Numbered from the stretch's first letter, positions 36,569 through 46,293 are shown. The stretch: DNA of 64,000 bases from an uncultured Gemmatimonadales bacterium (GCA_963815515.1 CAWFGP010000003.1:701513-765512), one strand, 5' to 3'. Notes: generated by a model not told the origin, from the sequence alone. A program made the numbers and translations.

Positions 36569-37987
36569 GTGAACAAGCAGTCGATGAGCAAAGCGACGCG
36601 GCCCGTCGTCCCACCCGCCGGTCTCTACGCCGAGCAGCCGGATGCCGCACCGGCGCTCGCGCCGCCTGAGGGGACGGGCATCATCGACGGACCGCTCCGC
36701 CCCGCGATCCTCCGCCTCGCCCTCCCCGCAGTAGGCACCACGCTCTTCCAGGTGCTCTTCAACATTACCGACACGTTCTGGGTCGGACGGATGCTCGGCC
36801 CCGACGCGCTCGCCGCCGTCTCGCTCGCAAGCTATTCGGTGTGGGTGATCGTCTCCATCGGCGAGCTCGTGGGCGTCGGCCTCACGGCCGTGTCCGCGCG
36901 CCGTCACGGTGAGGGTGATCCGGAGACCGCCGCCCGCGCCGCCGGCACCGCTCTGGTGATGGCGTTGGTGCTGGGGGCGGTGATCGCCGCCGCCGGCCTC
37001 CTGAGCCTGCCCGCGATCTTCCGGCTCATGAACACCCAGGGCCTGGTGGCCGAGCTCGCGCGCCAGTTCCTCGTCATCCAGCTGCTCGGCGCGGTGCTCA
37101 TCTACGGCTACTTCGTCGTCACCGCGGCATTCCGGAGCGCGGGCGACACCCGCACGCCGTTCATGCTGCTGGGCGCGTCCGTTCTCCTCAACCTGGTGCT
37201 CGACCCGCTGATGATCCTCGGTTGGGGGCCGCTGCCGGCGCTCGGCGTCTACGGCGCCGCCCTCGCCACGGTGCTCACGCGAGGCCTCGGCTTCCTCGTG
37301 GGGATCGTGCTGCTCTATCGCCGGGGCGGGATCCGGCTGCGGCTGAGCCTGCCCGTGGCGCGCACGATCGCGCGGATCGGGCTCCCGACCATGCTGACCG
37401 GCGTGCTGTTCAGCGTGATCTATATGCTGCTGGTGCGCGTGGTCGGGCGGTTCGGCACGCCAGCCATCGCCGCGCTGGGGGTGGGCCACAAGATCGAGGG
37501 GGTCAGCTATATGATCTGTGTCGGCTTCGGCCTGGCGGCGGAGACGCTCGTCGGGCAGAACCTCGGCGCCGGTCAGCCGCGGCGCGCCCGCCAGGCGGGA
37601 TGGCTCACGGCCCGTATCGCCGCGGTGCCGGCCTGCGTGCTGGCGGTCGTTTTCCTGCTCGCGCCCGCGGCGATCGTTGGTGTGTTCACCGACGACGCGG
37701 CGGTCATCCGGGACGCGACACTGTATCTCCGCGCGGCCGCCGTGGCCCAGCTCTCCATGGCGTTCGAAAACGTGCTCGAGGGCGGGCTGACCGGGGCGGG
37801 GTACACGCTGTACACGATGCTCGCAGTGGTGGGGATCAGCTCGCTCCGCATCCCGCTCGCCGGGCTCGTGGCCGGCCCCTTCGGGCTGGCCGGCATCTGG
37901 TGGATGCTCGCGCTCACGGCGATGGCCCGCGCAGCGGCGATGACGGCGCTCTGGCAGTGGGGTGGATGGGAGAGGGCGCGGGCGTGA
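36569..37987 (+). CDS. MATE family efflux transporter
   Basis: 472 aa, GTG start (alternative ATG at 36584). ILRLALPAVGTTLFQVLFNITDTFWVGRLG-type N-terminus and 12 TM segments. Confidence 0.85.
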   Translation: MNKQSMSKATRPVVPPAGLYAEQPDAAPALAPPEGTGIIDGPLRPAILRLALPAVGTTLFQVLFNITDTFWVGRMLGPDALAAVSLASYSVWVIVSIGELVGVGLTAVSARRHGEGDPETAARAAGTALVMALVLGAVIAAAGLLSLPAIFRLMNTQGLVAELARQFLVIQLLGAVLIYGYFVVTAAFRSAGDTRTPFMLLGASVLLNLVLDPLMILGWGPLPALGVYGAALATVLTRGLGFLVGIVLLYRRGGIRLRLSLPVARTIARIGLPTMLTGVLFSVIYMLLVRVVGRFGTPAIAALGVGHKIEGVSYMICVGFGLAAETLVGQNLGAGQPRRARQAGWLTARIAAVPACVLAVVFLLAPAAIVGVFTDDAAVIRDATLYLRAAAVAQLSMAFENVLEGGLTGAGYTLYTMLAVVGISSLRIPLAGLVAGPFGLAGIWWMLALTAMARAAAMTALWQWGGWERARA

Positions 37988-38004
37988 GCCCGTTACCTTA
38001 TGGC

Positions 38005-38763
38005 ATGTCCCTCGTCACCCTGCTGACCGACTTCGGCAGCTCGGATTCGTATGTCGCCGAAATCAAAGGCGTCCTGCTGGGTCTCTGCCCCGCCGCGGTG
38101 CTGGTCGACGTCACCCACGCCGTGCCCCCGGGCGATATCCGGGCCGGCGCCTACCTGCTCGGCCGGTCATGGCACCGATTCCCCGCCGGCACCGTGCACT
38201 TCGCGGTCGTGGATCCCGGGGTCGGCACGGCGCGCGCGGCCATCGCGCTCCGGGCCCACGGGCACTGGTTCGTCGGTCCGGACAATGGGCTCTTCACGCC
38301 GGTCCTGCGCGACGCGGAGGTCGAGATCGTCACCCTGCCGACTCCGGCCGGGGCCGCGCCGACGTTTCATGGCCGCGACCTCTTCGCTCCGGCGGCTGCC
38401 GCGCTTGCCCGCGGTACCCCGCTCCAGGCGCTCGGCGGCCCCTTCATCGCGATGCCCGCGCGGCTCTCCTACACGGAGCCGCATTACGAGGGGAAGGCGG
38501 TGATCGGAGAGATCGTCTACGTGGACCGCTTCGGCACGCTGGTCACCAACCTGACGACCGAGCTCGTGCCGCCGTACGCGGTGCTCGCGGTCGACGATCT
38601 CGACATCGGGCCGCTCCGGCGCACCTTCGGTGACGTGCCGACGGGCGGGCTGCTGGCGTACGTGGGCTCGGGCGGGGCGATCGAGATCGCCGTGCGGGAC
38701 GGCTCGGCGGCGCGGCGGCTGGGGCTGGGGGTGGGAGGCCGGATTCGCGCGCGTCTCGGCTGA
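38005..38763 (+). CDS. SAM hydroxide adenosyltransferase family protein (DUF62)
   Basis: Only the 3-prime part of ORF 37222..38763 is meaningful. Start at ATG 38005, or at GTG 37984 overlapping the MATE stop. LVTLLTDFGSSDSYVAEIKGV, VVDPGVGT and VGPDNGLF motifs. Confidence 0.75.
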   Translation: MSLVTLLTDFGSSDSYVAEIKGVLLGLCPAAVLVDVTHAVPPGDIRAGAYLLGRSWHRFPAGTVHFAVVDPGVGTARAAIALRAHGHWFVGPDNGLFTPVLRDAEVEIVTLPTPAGAAPTFHGRDLFAPAAAALARGTPLQALGGPFIAMPARLSYTEPHYEGKAVIGEIVYVDRFGTLVTNLTTELVPPYAVLAVDDLDIGPLRRTFGDVPTGGLLAYVGSGGAIEIAVRDGSAARRLGLGVGGRIRARLG

Positions 38764-38782
38764 CTTGCGATCAGCAACTCAA

Positions 38783-38848
38783 GTCACTCTGAGCGAAGCG
38801 AAGGGGGCATGATTCTGGGCATGCCCCCTTCGCTTCGCTCAGAGTGAC
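38783..38848. repeat. REP-like palindromic element
   Basis: GTCACTCTGAGCGAAGCGAAGGGGGCATGATTCTGGGCATGCCCCCTTCGCTTCGCTCAGAGTGAC. Arm substitutions relative to other copies are compensated on the opposite arm. Sits between convergent genes. Confidence 0.9.
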
Positions 38849-38858
38849 TCGGAGACTG

Positions 38859-39485
38859 CTACTGGCCCGTCGGCGTCGCGGCCGCCTCCGCCCCGCTCGG
38901 CCGCTTCCCGAACCGCGACACGACCTGTCGGAAGAACCGGAACAACCGCCAGATCAGCAGGATCGCCAGGATCACGAGCACGGCCGTGAGCCCTACCGTG
39001 ATCACCGGATGCGCCGCCGCGAACCACGCGAGGAACACCGCGATCGAGTCCTCGGCCAGGCTCAACGTCCAGTTGCTCACCGGCTCGGGGCTCACGTTGG
39101 CCGCCGCGCGGGTGGTGGCCTTCGCGCCGTGGGAAGTGAGCGCGACGCTGCCGGCGAGCAGCGCGGCGCCGATCTTCCATTGCTCGGGGACGCCGCCGGC
39201 GAAGGCGCTGTAAGAGAGAAAGGCGGCCGCCGGCGGCCGGATGAAGGTGTGCACCGCATCCCACACGCTGTCCACGTACGGGATCTTGTCCGCTACGAAC
39301 TCGATCACGAAGAGGGCGAGCGCGACACCCAGGACCATCGGGTGCGCCAGCACCTGGAGCGGCTCGGGGAGATGGATGATCCCGAACCGCTCGAACAGTC
39401 CCGCGGCTGCCACCGTGGCGTAGAGGTTGAGTCCGGAAGCGAACGAGGTGCCGAGCGCGAAGCCCAGCGTCTCCAGCGGGGACAT
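38859..39485 (-). CDS. DUF4126-like integral membrane protein
   Basis: Only the C-terminal 208 codons of ORF 38859..39794 are meaningful (ATG 39485). MSPLETLGFALGTSFASGLNLYATVAAAGL...FVADKIPYVDSVWD... Confidence 0.6.
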   Translation of the reverse strand: MSPLETLGFALGTSFASGLNLYATVAAAGLFERFGIIHLPEPLQVLAHPMVLGVALALFVIEFVADKIPYVDSVWDAVHTFIRPPAAAFLSYSAFAGGVPEQWKIGAALLAGSVALTSHGAKATTRAAANVSPEPVSNWTLSLAEDSIAVFLAWFAAAHPVITVGLTAVLVILAILLIWRLFRFFRQVVSRFGKRPSGAEAAATPTGQ

Positions 39486-39496
39486 GCCGGAAGCTA

Positions 39497-40342
39497 CTAC
39501 TCCAGCCAGTCGACCGTCACCCCGCCGATCGCCGTCGTCACGTCGATGTCGAGATGGCGGGTCGCCTGGTCGTAGCCGGGCGAGAGATAGCTGGTCCCGC
39601 GCCGCACCATGCCCTGCGGCTCGAAGCTGGCAAGGAACTTGTCCAGCGTGATCCGCACCCCGACTCCGCGCGGCAGGCGCAGCGCCACCTCGCCCAGCGC
39701 CATCTTCACCGCGACCTGCGAGCTCGAGGTCCAGGTCCCGCCGAAGTCGAGCGTCACCCGGCCCACACCGCCCTCGAACGTGATGCGGTCGCATCGGCTG
39801 TTGCCCAGGCCGAGCACCGACAGCTCCGCCGCACCGGCGGTGAGGGTGGCGGCGCGGCAGCGCGCGGCGTTGGGTTGCGAGAAGCGCACGGTGGCGCGAC
39901 TCGCGCCGGCTTCGAGCTTGAGATCGGTCAGGCGGAGACCGCCCAGCTCGAGGTCGCCGTCGACCGCGCCGAGGGTCACCGCAAGCGCCAGATCGCTCCG
40001 GGGCGAAAAGGTCACCGAGGCCGTCTGGCGGAGCTGACTCCTGGACACGACTCGGAGACCGCCCTCGCCCGACGCACGGAGCCCGAGCGCGACCCCGCCG
40101 CGCGCCGCGTCGAACGCGCTTACCGGCACGTAGCGCTCACCGTCGTAGAGCACGTCCATCCGATAGAGCTCGTTCGGGCGGCCGGCGGCGAGGCGCAACG
40201 CCCCGGCGGCATACTCCAGCCGCGCGTCGAGCCGGGTCTCGCCATGCCATTGGCGGTAGGTGCTGAAGGGGCGCATCGACTGTGCGGCGGCGCCGGACGC
40301 CCCGAGCGCGAGCGCCAGAAGCGAGAGCAGTACCCGGCGCAT
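39497..40342 (-). CDS. secreted beta-rich protein (resembles LiaF/LiaG-type toast-rack, DUF2154/DUF4097-like)
   Basis: 281 aa. Signal peptide MRRVLLSLLALALGASGAAAQ. Reiterated short strands (LELGGLRLTDLKLEAGASRATVRF, LTAGAAELSVLGLG, ITFEGGVGRVTLDFGG, VKMALGEVALRLP). The family call is by resemblance only. Confidence 0.5.
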   Translation of the reverse strand: MRRVLLSLLALALGASGAAAQSMRPFSTYRQWHGETRLDARLEYAAGALRLAAGRPNELYRMDVLYDGERYVPVSAFDAARGGVALGLRASGEGGLRVVSRSQLRQTASVTFSPRSDLALAVTLGAVDGDLELGGLRLTDLKLEAGASRATVRFSQPNAARCRAATLTAGAAELSVLGLGNSRCDRITFEGGVGRVTLDFGGTWTSSSQVAVKMALGEVALRLPRGVGVRITLDKFLASFEPQGMVRRGTSYLSPGYDQATRHLDIDVTTAIGGVTVDWLE

Positions 40343-41640
40343 CAGAGGCCCCGCGTGGGCGTTCGTGAGCCGGGGCGCCTGGCGGCGGTGACGCCGTACT
40401 GCGGGGTGGCCCAGAGGTATTCGTCGGTGAGCGCCTCGGGCGGGAGGAGACGCCCCGCGAAATTCTCGCGGATCCCGGCCCGGCTCAGGAGCGCCGCACC
40501 GAAACCGGCGGTGGCGAGCAGCCAGGTCACCAGGATGGCCGCGCCGCGGATCAGGTCACCGGCCACCGGTACCCACCCGAAGACCGACCACGCTCCCCAG
40601 AACGCCGCCAGCGCGCCCAAACCCACAAGCAGGTAGCGGTAGCTGTTGGGCGAGCCGATCATGGCGCCGAGGGCGAGCCGGCGCCGAGTGTACGTCTCGC
40701 CCATCGAGTGCGCCACGGCCAGGTAGCCGCCGACCACGCCGACGATCACCAGCAGCGCGTAAACCACCACCGCGAACGGCAGCAGCACGATGCCCACCAC
40801 GCTGAGGATCAGGCCCACCACCAGCATGCCGAACGTGGGGAGCAGCAGCAGCTGGCCCAGGAGGCCGGCGGCGAACGCACGCCCGAACGAGTGCGACACG
40901 GTGTCCGACACGACTTCGAGGTTGGGCCGCCCGAACATCACCAGGCCGAAGCCGAGCGCGCCGAGCGTGAGAAAGACGCCCACCACGCCTGCCATCCGCC
41001 GGAATACGGTCTCGATCGCCGTGGGCGGCGCTGCGCCCTGAACCGGGAGCGGGGTGGCGAGGACGGAGGAGGTGCGGAACGTCCGGACCTCCCCGCCGAT
41101 CTCACCGCCCTCGTCGCGCACCTCGCCGCCAAGCGTGAGGATGTCCCCCGAGACGACGCCGCCGGCGTGGATCACCACGTCGCCATCGACGGTGACGAGG
41201 TTGCCGAGCAGCTTGCCGTAGATGTCGGCGGTGCCCTGCACCACGAGCAGTTGACCGGACTTGGTTTCGTTGGAGCCGATGCTGAAGTCGCCCATGCGGG
41301 CGGCGCCGTTGGTCACGGTGACGCGGACCCCCCCGTCGCGCCGGCGGAGCGCGTCCCTGAGGCGCGACTCGATGGCCGTCGGCTGGCTCAGGTCGTCGAG
41401 GGAAACCGCGGGCTCGTCCTTGCCGCCGGGAGGAATCGCCTGCGGCGCGGGATGGGGCGCCTGGAGGTCGTCGCCGTCGCCGGGTCGGGTGGCGGCATCG
41501 GTGACGAGCGACCAGAAGCCATGAACCAACTGCACCGTACGGGAGCCGGCGGGATCGCTCAGGGCGTCGGCGAAGGCGGCAGATGGAGCGAGGATCGACA
41601 GCAGCGCCACCGCCCGAAGCAGCCGGCTAAGCGCTCGCAT
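40342..41640 (-). CDS. membrane protein with periplasmic bactofilin-like (polymer-forming beta-helix) segment and polytopic C-terminal domain
   Basis: ORF 40342..41691, start at ATG 41640 (MRALSRLLRAVALLSILAPSAAFA). Segment LLVVQGTADIYGKLLGNLVTVDGDVVIHAGGVVSGDILTLGGEVRDEGGEIGGEV, followed by about 6 TM helices. Confidence 0.55.
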   Translation of the reverse strand: MRALSRLLRAVALLSILAPSAAFADALSDPAGSRTVQLVHGFWSLVTDAATRPGDGDDLQAPHPAPQAIPPGGKDEPAVSLDDLSQPTAIESRLRDALRRRDGGVRVTVTNGAARMGDFSIGSNETKSGQLLVVQGTADIYGKLLGNLVTVDGDVVIHAGGVVSGDILTLGGEVRDEGGEIGGEVRTFRTSSVLATPLPVQGAAPPTAIETVFRRMAGVVGVFLTLGALGFGLVMFGRPNLEVVSDTVSHSFGRAFAAGLLGQLLLLPTFGMLVVGLILSVVGIVLLPFAVVVYALLVIVGVVGGYLAVAHSMGETYTRRRLALGAMIGSPNSYRYLLVGLGALAAFWGAWSVFGWVPVAGDLIRGAAILVTWLLATAGFGAALLSRAGIRENFAGRLLPPEALTDEYLWATPQYGVTAARRPGSRTPTRGL

Positions 41641-42235
41641 GGGCCACCTGCTGCGCGGGCAGAGCCAGGAGGCGGCGGAGCGCCAGGACACCGCCGAGGT
41701 AGGCGGTGAGCGCGAGCGCGGAGGCGAGCCCGAGACGGCCCGGATGCGCCGCCAACGCCTTCAACCCGGCGAACCAGGGCTGCTCCATGAAGTTCGAGGC
41801 CACCCCGCGGAGGCCGAGCCAGGCGGCCTGGCCGGCCTGGGCCGTGAGCCAGCCGCCAAGTGCCGCGAGCGTGTCCTGATGGCCCAGCGTCCAGACCACA
41901 CTCCCGGTCATCGAGCCGGCCAGCAGCACCAGCAGCGACGCGGCCAGCGCCATCGAGCGGCGGGTGGCGAAGATGCGGTTCCGGAGCAACGCGAAGGTGG
42001 ACACGGCGAGCGGCTGGGGAATCGAGACCCGCGCCATCACCCGCTCGGCGAACCCCGGCGCGGGACTCATGAGCGGCAGCGCGCGGAGCAGCTCGACGAT
42101 TTCGCGCTCGGTCTCCGCGCGCTCCCGGCAGACCAGGCACCGGGCGAGATGGTCCTCCGACGCCGGGGCGAGCGCACCGGCGAGCCACGCGTCGAAGTCG
42201 TCCGGCGTGAGATGGGGCCCGGAAACAGGGGTCAT
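41627..42235 (-). CDS. anti-sigma factor (zf-HC2 type, membrane-anchored)
   Basis: 202 aa. HLARCLVCRERAE matches H-x3-C-x2-C. TM segments in the C-terminal half. Lies directly downstream of the ECF sigma gene. Confidence 0.7.
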   Translation of the reverse strand: MTPVSGPHLTPDDFDAWLAGALAPASEDHLARCLVCRERAETEREIVELLRALPLMSPAPGFAERVMARVSIPQPLAVSTFALLRNRIFATRRSMALAASLLVLLAGSMTGSVVWTLGHQDTLAALGGWLTAQAGQAAWLGLRGVASNFMEQPWFAGLKALAAHPGRLGLASALALTAYLGGVLALRRLLALPAQQVAHASA

Positions 42236-42272
42236 AAGTGGACCCTCCTACGGTGAGGGAGCGGGGGAGGTT

Positions 42273-42878
42273 TCATTCTTCCTTGAGGTGGGCCAGGGCC
42301 TGCCGCAGCTCGTTCCGGGCCCGATGGATATAGGTCTTCACGGTGCCCAGCGGGAGGTCGAGCATCTCCGCGATTTCTTCGTAGGCGCGCCCCTCCACAT
42401 GCCGGAGCAGGATGCACGACCGGTACTCCGGCCGCAGCCGTCCGATGGCGATCTCGATGGCGCCGCCCAGCTCCTTCGCCTCCACCGTGTCGAGGGGCGA
42501 CTCCTGCCGCGCGCCGATCTGGAGCGCCGTGGCCTGCATCGCCTCGGGCGTCTCGGCGTGGGGCGAACCGTCGAGCGAGAGCGTGTCGAGCTCACGCCGG
42601 CGCAGGTGATCGATCGCCGCGTTGTTGGCGATCTTGAAGATCCAGGAGGAGAACTTGAACTCCGGGCGATAGGACTCGATCGCGTTGAGCGCCTTGATGA
42701 AGGTCTCCTGCGACAGGTCCTCCGCCAGCTCGCGGTCCCGCACCATGCGGAACAGCAGCGCGAAGATCGGCCGCTCGTAGCGGCGGATCAGCTCGCGGTA
42801 GGCCGCCTCGCGGCCCGCGCGGGCCATGAGGACGACCTCCTGATCGCTGAGCCGGACCCACTCGGGGGTGTCAGCCAC
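42273..42878 (-). CDS. ECF-type RNA polymerase sigma-70 factor
   Basis: 201 aa, GTG start. Region 2 (YERPIFALLFRMVRDRELAEDLSQETFIKA) and region 4 (YEEIAEMLDLPLGTVKTYIHRARNEL). Confidence 0.9.
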   Translation of the reverse strand: MADTPEWVRLSDQEVVLMARAGREAAYRELIRRYERPIFALLFRMVRDRELAEDLSQETFIKALNAIESYRPEFKFSSWIFKIANNAAIDHLRRRELDTLSLDGSPHAETPEAMQATALQIGARQESPLDTVEAKELGGAIEIAIGRLRPEYRSCILLRHVEGRAYEEIAEMLDLPLGTVKTYIHRARNELRQALAHLKEE

Positions 42879-42928
42879 CCGGCGGCCGCCTTGCCAACGG
42901 TCTCGCCGCCGGACTACATTGAGCGCCT

Positions 42929-43741
42929 ATGTTAGCCTCGGATCGTGAGTTACCGGTCTCGGGCGGGCCCGAGAAACGGGCCTACGTCCGGGACGTCTTC
43001 ACCGCCATCGCGCCCACCTACGATCGTCTCAACCGCATCATCAGCCTGCGCTTCGATCGGGGCTGGCGACGGTACGCGGTCGGACGGCTGGGGTGGGAGC
43101 GGAAACCGGACGGAATCTACCTCGACCTCTGTGCCGGCACGCTCGACTTCGCGGCCACCCTCGCTCGGCGGCCCGGATTCCGGGGGCGGATCGTCGCCGC
43201 CGATTTCGTGCCGACGATGCTCCGGCTCGGGCGCGACAAGGCCGCGGGCCTGGCGCCGGTGGCGGCCGATGCGCTCGAGCTGCCATTCCCGGATGCCGCG
43301 TTCGACGGGGCGATGGTCGGTTGGGGTGTGCGGAACCTGGTGGACCTCGATGCGGGGCTCGCCGAGGCGGCTCGGGTGCTCCGGCCCGGCGGCCGCCTGG
43401 TGATCCTGGAAATGAGCTTGCCGCCCCAGCCGGGACTCCGCCGGCTGTACGAGTTCTACTTCCGGCGTGTGATGCCGTGGATCGGCCGGCGAATCTCGAA
43501 ACATACGACCGCCTATACGTGGTTACCAGTTTCGACGATCGCGTTCCCCAGCCCGGCCGAGCTGGCGCGACGGCTCGCGGCGCAGGGATTCGACGGGGTA
43601 TCCTATCGCCTGTTCATGGGCGGCGTGTGCGCGCTGCACGTGGGGACGCGCACGGGCCGGATTCACCCACCGTCGAGTCATCCTGAGCGCAGCGAAGGAG
43701 CCATGCCTCCAGGCATGCCCCCTTCGCTCCGCTCAGGGTGA
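42929..43741 (+). CDS. ubiE: demethylmenaquinone/ubiquinone C-methyltransferase (UbiE/MenG family)
   Basis: 270 aa. VRDVFTAIAPTYDRLN, SAM motif LDLCAGTLDF, VLRPGGRLVILE. The last ~20 codons (..HPERSEGAMPPGMPPSLRSG*) and the stop codon are encoded by a palindromic repeat. Confidence 0.85.
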   Translation: MLASDRELPVSGGPEKRAYVRDVFTAIAPTYDRLNRIISLRFDRGWRRYAVGRLGWERKPDGIYLDLCAGTLDFAATLARRPGFRGRIVAADFVPTMLRLGRDKAAGLAPVAADALELPFPDAAFDGAMVGWGVRNLVDLDAGLAEAARVLRPGGRLVILEMSLPPQPGLRRLYEFYFRRVMPWIGRRISKHTTAYTWLPVSTIAFPSPAELARRLAAQGFDGVSYRLFMGGVCALHVGTRTGRIHPPSSHPERSEGAMPPGMPPSLRSG

Positions 43742-43744
43742 CTC
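43675..43744. repeat. REP-like palindromic element overlapping the ubiE 3-prime end
   Basis: GAGTCATCCTGAGCGCAGCGAAGGAGCCATGCCTCCAGGCATGCCCCCTTCGCTCCGCTCAGGGTGACTC. Confidence 0.9.
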
Positions 43745-43781
43745 CCCGAACGCCTACACCCGGATCTCGACTCGGAGCCCC

Positions 43782-45260
43782 ATGCCCCTCGACAACCTCC
43801 GCGACTTCATCAAGGCCATCGACAAGCTCGGCGAGCTCGTGCGCGTCACTCACCCGGTGCGCGCGCGCCTCGAGGTCGCCGAAATCGCCGACCGCTGCAT
43901 GAAGAGCCCCGGCGGAGGTCCCGCGCTCCTGTTCGAGCACGTGCTGCTCGACGGCGGCGCCCGGAGCGCGCAGCCGGTGGCCATCAACCTGTTCGGCTCG
44001 ATGCGCCGGATGTGCCTCGCGCTCGGCGTCGACGACCTCGACAGCATCGGCGGCCGCATCTCGGAGCTGCTCAACCTCAAGGTGCCCGAGGGGCTCTTCG
44101 GCAAGCTCGCCATGCTCCCCAAGCTGGCCGAGATCGGCAAGTTCCCGCCGCGGGTGAAGAGCGGGCGCCCGCCCTGCCAGGAGGTCATTCTCCGGGGCGA
44201 CGCCGTCGACCTCGAGCAGATCCCGTTCCTCACCACCTGGCCCGGCGACGGCGGCCGCTACATCACGCTGCCGATGGTCATCACGACCGATCCCACGCGC
44301 GGCATCCGGAACGTGGGCATGTACCGGGTCCAGGTGCTCGGCCGCGACACGCTCGCGATGCACTGGCAGCGCCACAAGGTCGGCGCCGCCCACTGGCGCG
44401 AGATGGCGGCGAAGGGCGAGCGCATGCCCGTCGTCATCGCGCTCGGCGGCGACCCGGCGAGCATCTACTCCGGCTCGGCCCCGCTCCCGCCGACGATCGA
44501 CGAGTTCATCTTCGCCGGCTTTCTGCGGCGGGAGCCGGTCGAGCTGGCCCACGCCGTCACCTGCGACCTCGAGGTTCCCGCCGAAGCCGAGCTCGTGCTC
44601 GAGGGCTACATCGATCCGGCCGAGCCGCTGGTGCTCGAGGGCCCGTTCGGCGACCACACCGGCTACTACTCGCTCGCCGACTATTATCCGCTGGTGCACG
44701 TCACGGCCATTACCGCACGGCGCGATCCGATCTATCCGGCTACGCTGGTCGGCCCGCCGCCAATGGAGGACTACTATCTGGGGCACGCGACCGAGCGGAT
44801 CTTTCTGCCGCTCCTCAAGCTGACCGTGCCCGAGATCGTCGACTACCACATGCCGGCCGCCGGCATCTTTCACAACCTGGTCTTCGTCTCCATCGACAAG
44901 CAGTATCCCGGGCAGGCGTACAAGGTGATGAACGCCCTCTGGGGCCAGGGGCTCATGTCCCTGGCGAAGGTGCTGATCATCGTCGACAAGCATGTCAACG
45001 TCCGCAATCCGGACGAGGCCTGGTGGATCGCGCTCAACAACATCGATCCCGAGCGGGACGTCCGCTTCACGATGGGCCCGATGGACGTACTCGATCACGC
45101 GAGCCGCGAGTTCACCTACGGCAGCAAGATGGGGATCGACGCCACGAAGAAGTGGAAGGAGGAGGGCTTCACCCGCGAATGGCCGGACCTCATCACCATG
45201 GACGCCGAGACCAGGCGCCGGGTGGACGAGATCTGGCCGCAGCTCGGCATCCGCCTGTGA
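43782..45260 (+). CDS. ubiD: UbiD-family (prenylated-FMN dependent) decarboxylase
   Basis: 492 aa with LRDFIKAIDKLGELVRV..., ...GRYITLPMVITTDP.TG.RNVGMYR... and HWQRHKVGA motifs. Confidence 0.9.
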   Translation: MPLDNLRDFIKAIDKLGELVRVTHPVRARLEVAEIADRCMKSPGGGPALLFEHVLLDGGARSAQPVAINLFGSMRRMCLALGVDDLDSIGGRISELLNLKVPEGLFGKLAMLPKLAEIGKFPPRVKSGRPPCQEVILRGDAVDLEQIPFLTTWPGDGGRYITLPMVITTDPTRGIRNVGMYRVQVLGRDTLAMHWQRHKVGAAHWREMAAKGERMPVVIALGGDPASIYSGSAPLPPTIDEFIFAGFLRREPVELAHAVTCDLEVPAEAELVLEGYIDPAEPLVLEGPFGDHTGYYSLADYYPLVHVTAITARRDPIYPATLVGPPPMEDYYLGHATERIFLPLLKLTVPEIVDYHMPAAGIFHNLVFVSIDKQYPGQAYKVMNALWGQGLMSLAKVLIIVDKHVNVRNPDEAWWIALNNIDPERDVRFTMGPMDVLDHASREFTYGSKMGIDATKKWKEEGFTREWPDLITMDAETRRRVDEIWPQLGIRL

Positions 45261-46159
45261 CCTCCCCGGCGCGCGAGGGGCAGACGTTCGCCGGCGAGTC
45301 CCTGCTCGTCCGCTACGTCAACTTCGTCAAGCTGCCGCATACGCTCTTCGCACTCCCCTTCGCGCTGCTCGGTGTGCTGGCCGCCTCCCGGGCGGCCCCG
45401 GTGACGCCGCGCGCCGTCGTGCTCGTGGTCCTGGCGTTCTCCGCGGCCCGCTGGGCGGCGATGGGGTTCAACCGCGTCGCCGACCTTCGGTTCGACGCGC
45501 GGAATCCGCGCACGCAGAACCGCGAGCTCCCGCGCGGGGCCCTCACGCCCGCGCAGGCCTGGATCTCGATCGTCGTAGCCGCGGCGCTCTTCGTGGTCGT
45601 CGCCGGCCTGCTCAACCCGCTCTGCCTCCGCCTCAGTCCCGTCGCCCTCGGCTGGGTGCTGATCTACAGTCTCGCGAAGCGGTTCACCTGGTGGCCTCAT
45701 CTCTGGCTGGGCATGAGCCTCGCCATCGCGCCGGTCGGGGGCTATCTGGCGGTGATGGGGCGTTGGAGCGATCCCGCCTGGCTGCTGCTCGCGGTGTCGC
45801 TGGCGGTGGCCACCTGGGTCGCCGGTTTCGACATCTTCTACGCGCTGCCCGACGCCGGCTTCGACCGGGAGCAGGGGCTCCGGAGCGCCGTCGTCCGCCT
45901 GGGCGAGCGGCGCGCCATCCTGCTGGCCAAGCTGCTCCACGGTGTGACGATTCCGGCGCTGGCGCTGTTCGGGTGGGGCGCGGGCTTCGGGGCGTGGTAT
46001 TTCACGGGGCTGGTGGTGGCCGCCGGCATCCTCGTCTACGAGCACCAACTCGTCCGGCCCGGAGACCTTTCGCGTCTCGACGCCGCCTTCTTCACCATGA
46101 ACGGCGTCATGAGCGTCACGGTGTTCGCGTTCGCGCTGATCGATCGGCTCGTGCGATGA
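45257..46159 (+). CDS. ubiA: UbiA-family aromatic prenyltransferase
   Basis: The 3-prime part of ORF 44012..46159. GTG 45257 overlaps the ubiD stop (GTGA). NRVADLRFDARNPRT (NxxxDxxxD) and about 8 TM segments. Confidence 0.85.
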   Translation: MTSPAREGQTFAGESLLVRYVNFVKLPHTLFALPFALLGVLAASRAAPVTPRAVVLVVLAFSAARWAAMGFNRVADLRFDARNPRTQNRELPRGALTPAQAWISIVVAAALFVVVAGLLNPLCLRLSPVALGWVLIYSLAKRFTWWPHLWLGMSLAIAPVGGYLAVMGRWSDPAWLLLAVSLAVATWVAGFDIFYALPDAGFDREQGLRSAVVRLGERRAILLAKLLHGVTIPALALFGWGAGFGAWYFTGLVVAAGILVYEHQLVRPGDLSRLDAAFFTMNGVMSVTVFAFALIDRLVR

Positions 46160-46293
46160 AGCAGCGGTCCACCCCTCGGCCGCCGGACAAGCGCCGAGCG
46201 GCAGACGAGCCGCCCAAGTCACCACGCCGGCCGCCGCCAGCCTCCGGCACCCAGGCATCCCGTTCGCTCTCCAACGCCCAACCGGAGGGGACA

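Noticed and set aside
46156-46293. 46-aa Pro/Arg-rich N-terminal extension of UbiX from the ATGA-overlapping ATG.
   Set aside because: The extension is low-complexity and absent from typical UbiX proteins. The GTG at 46294 has a strong GGAGGGG SD and gives the usual length. It is kept only as an alternative in the feature note.
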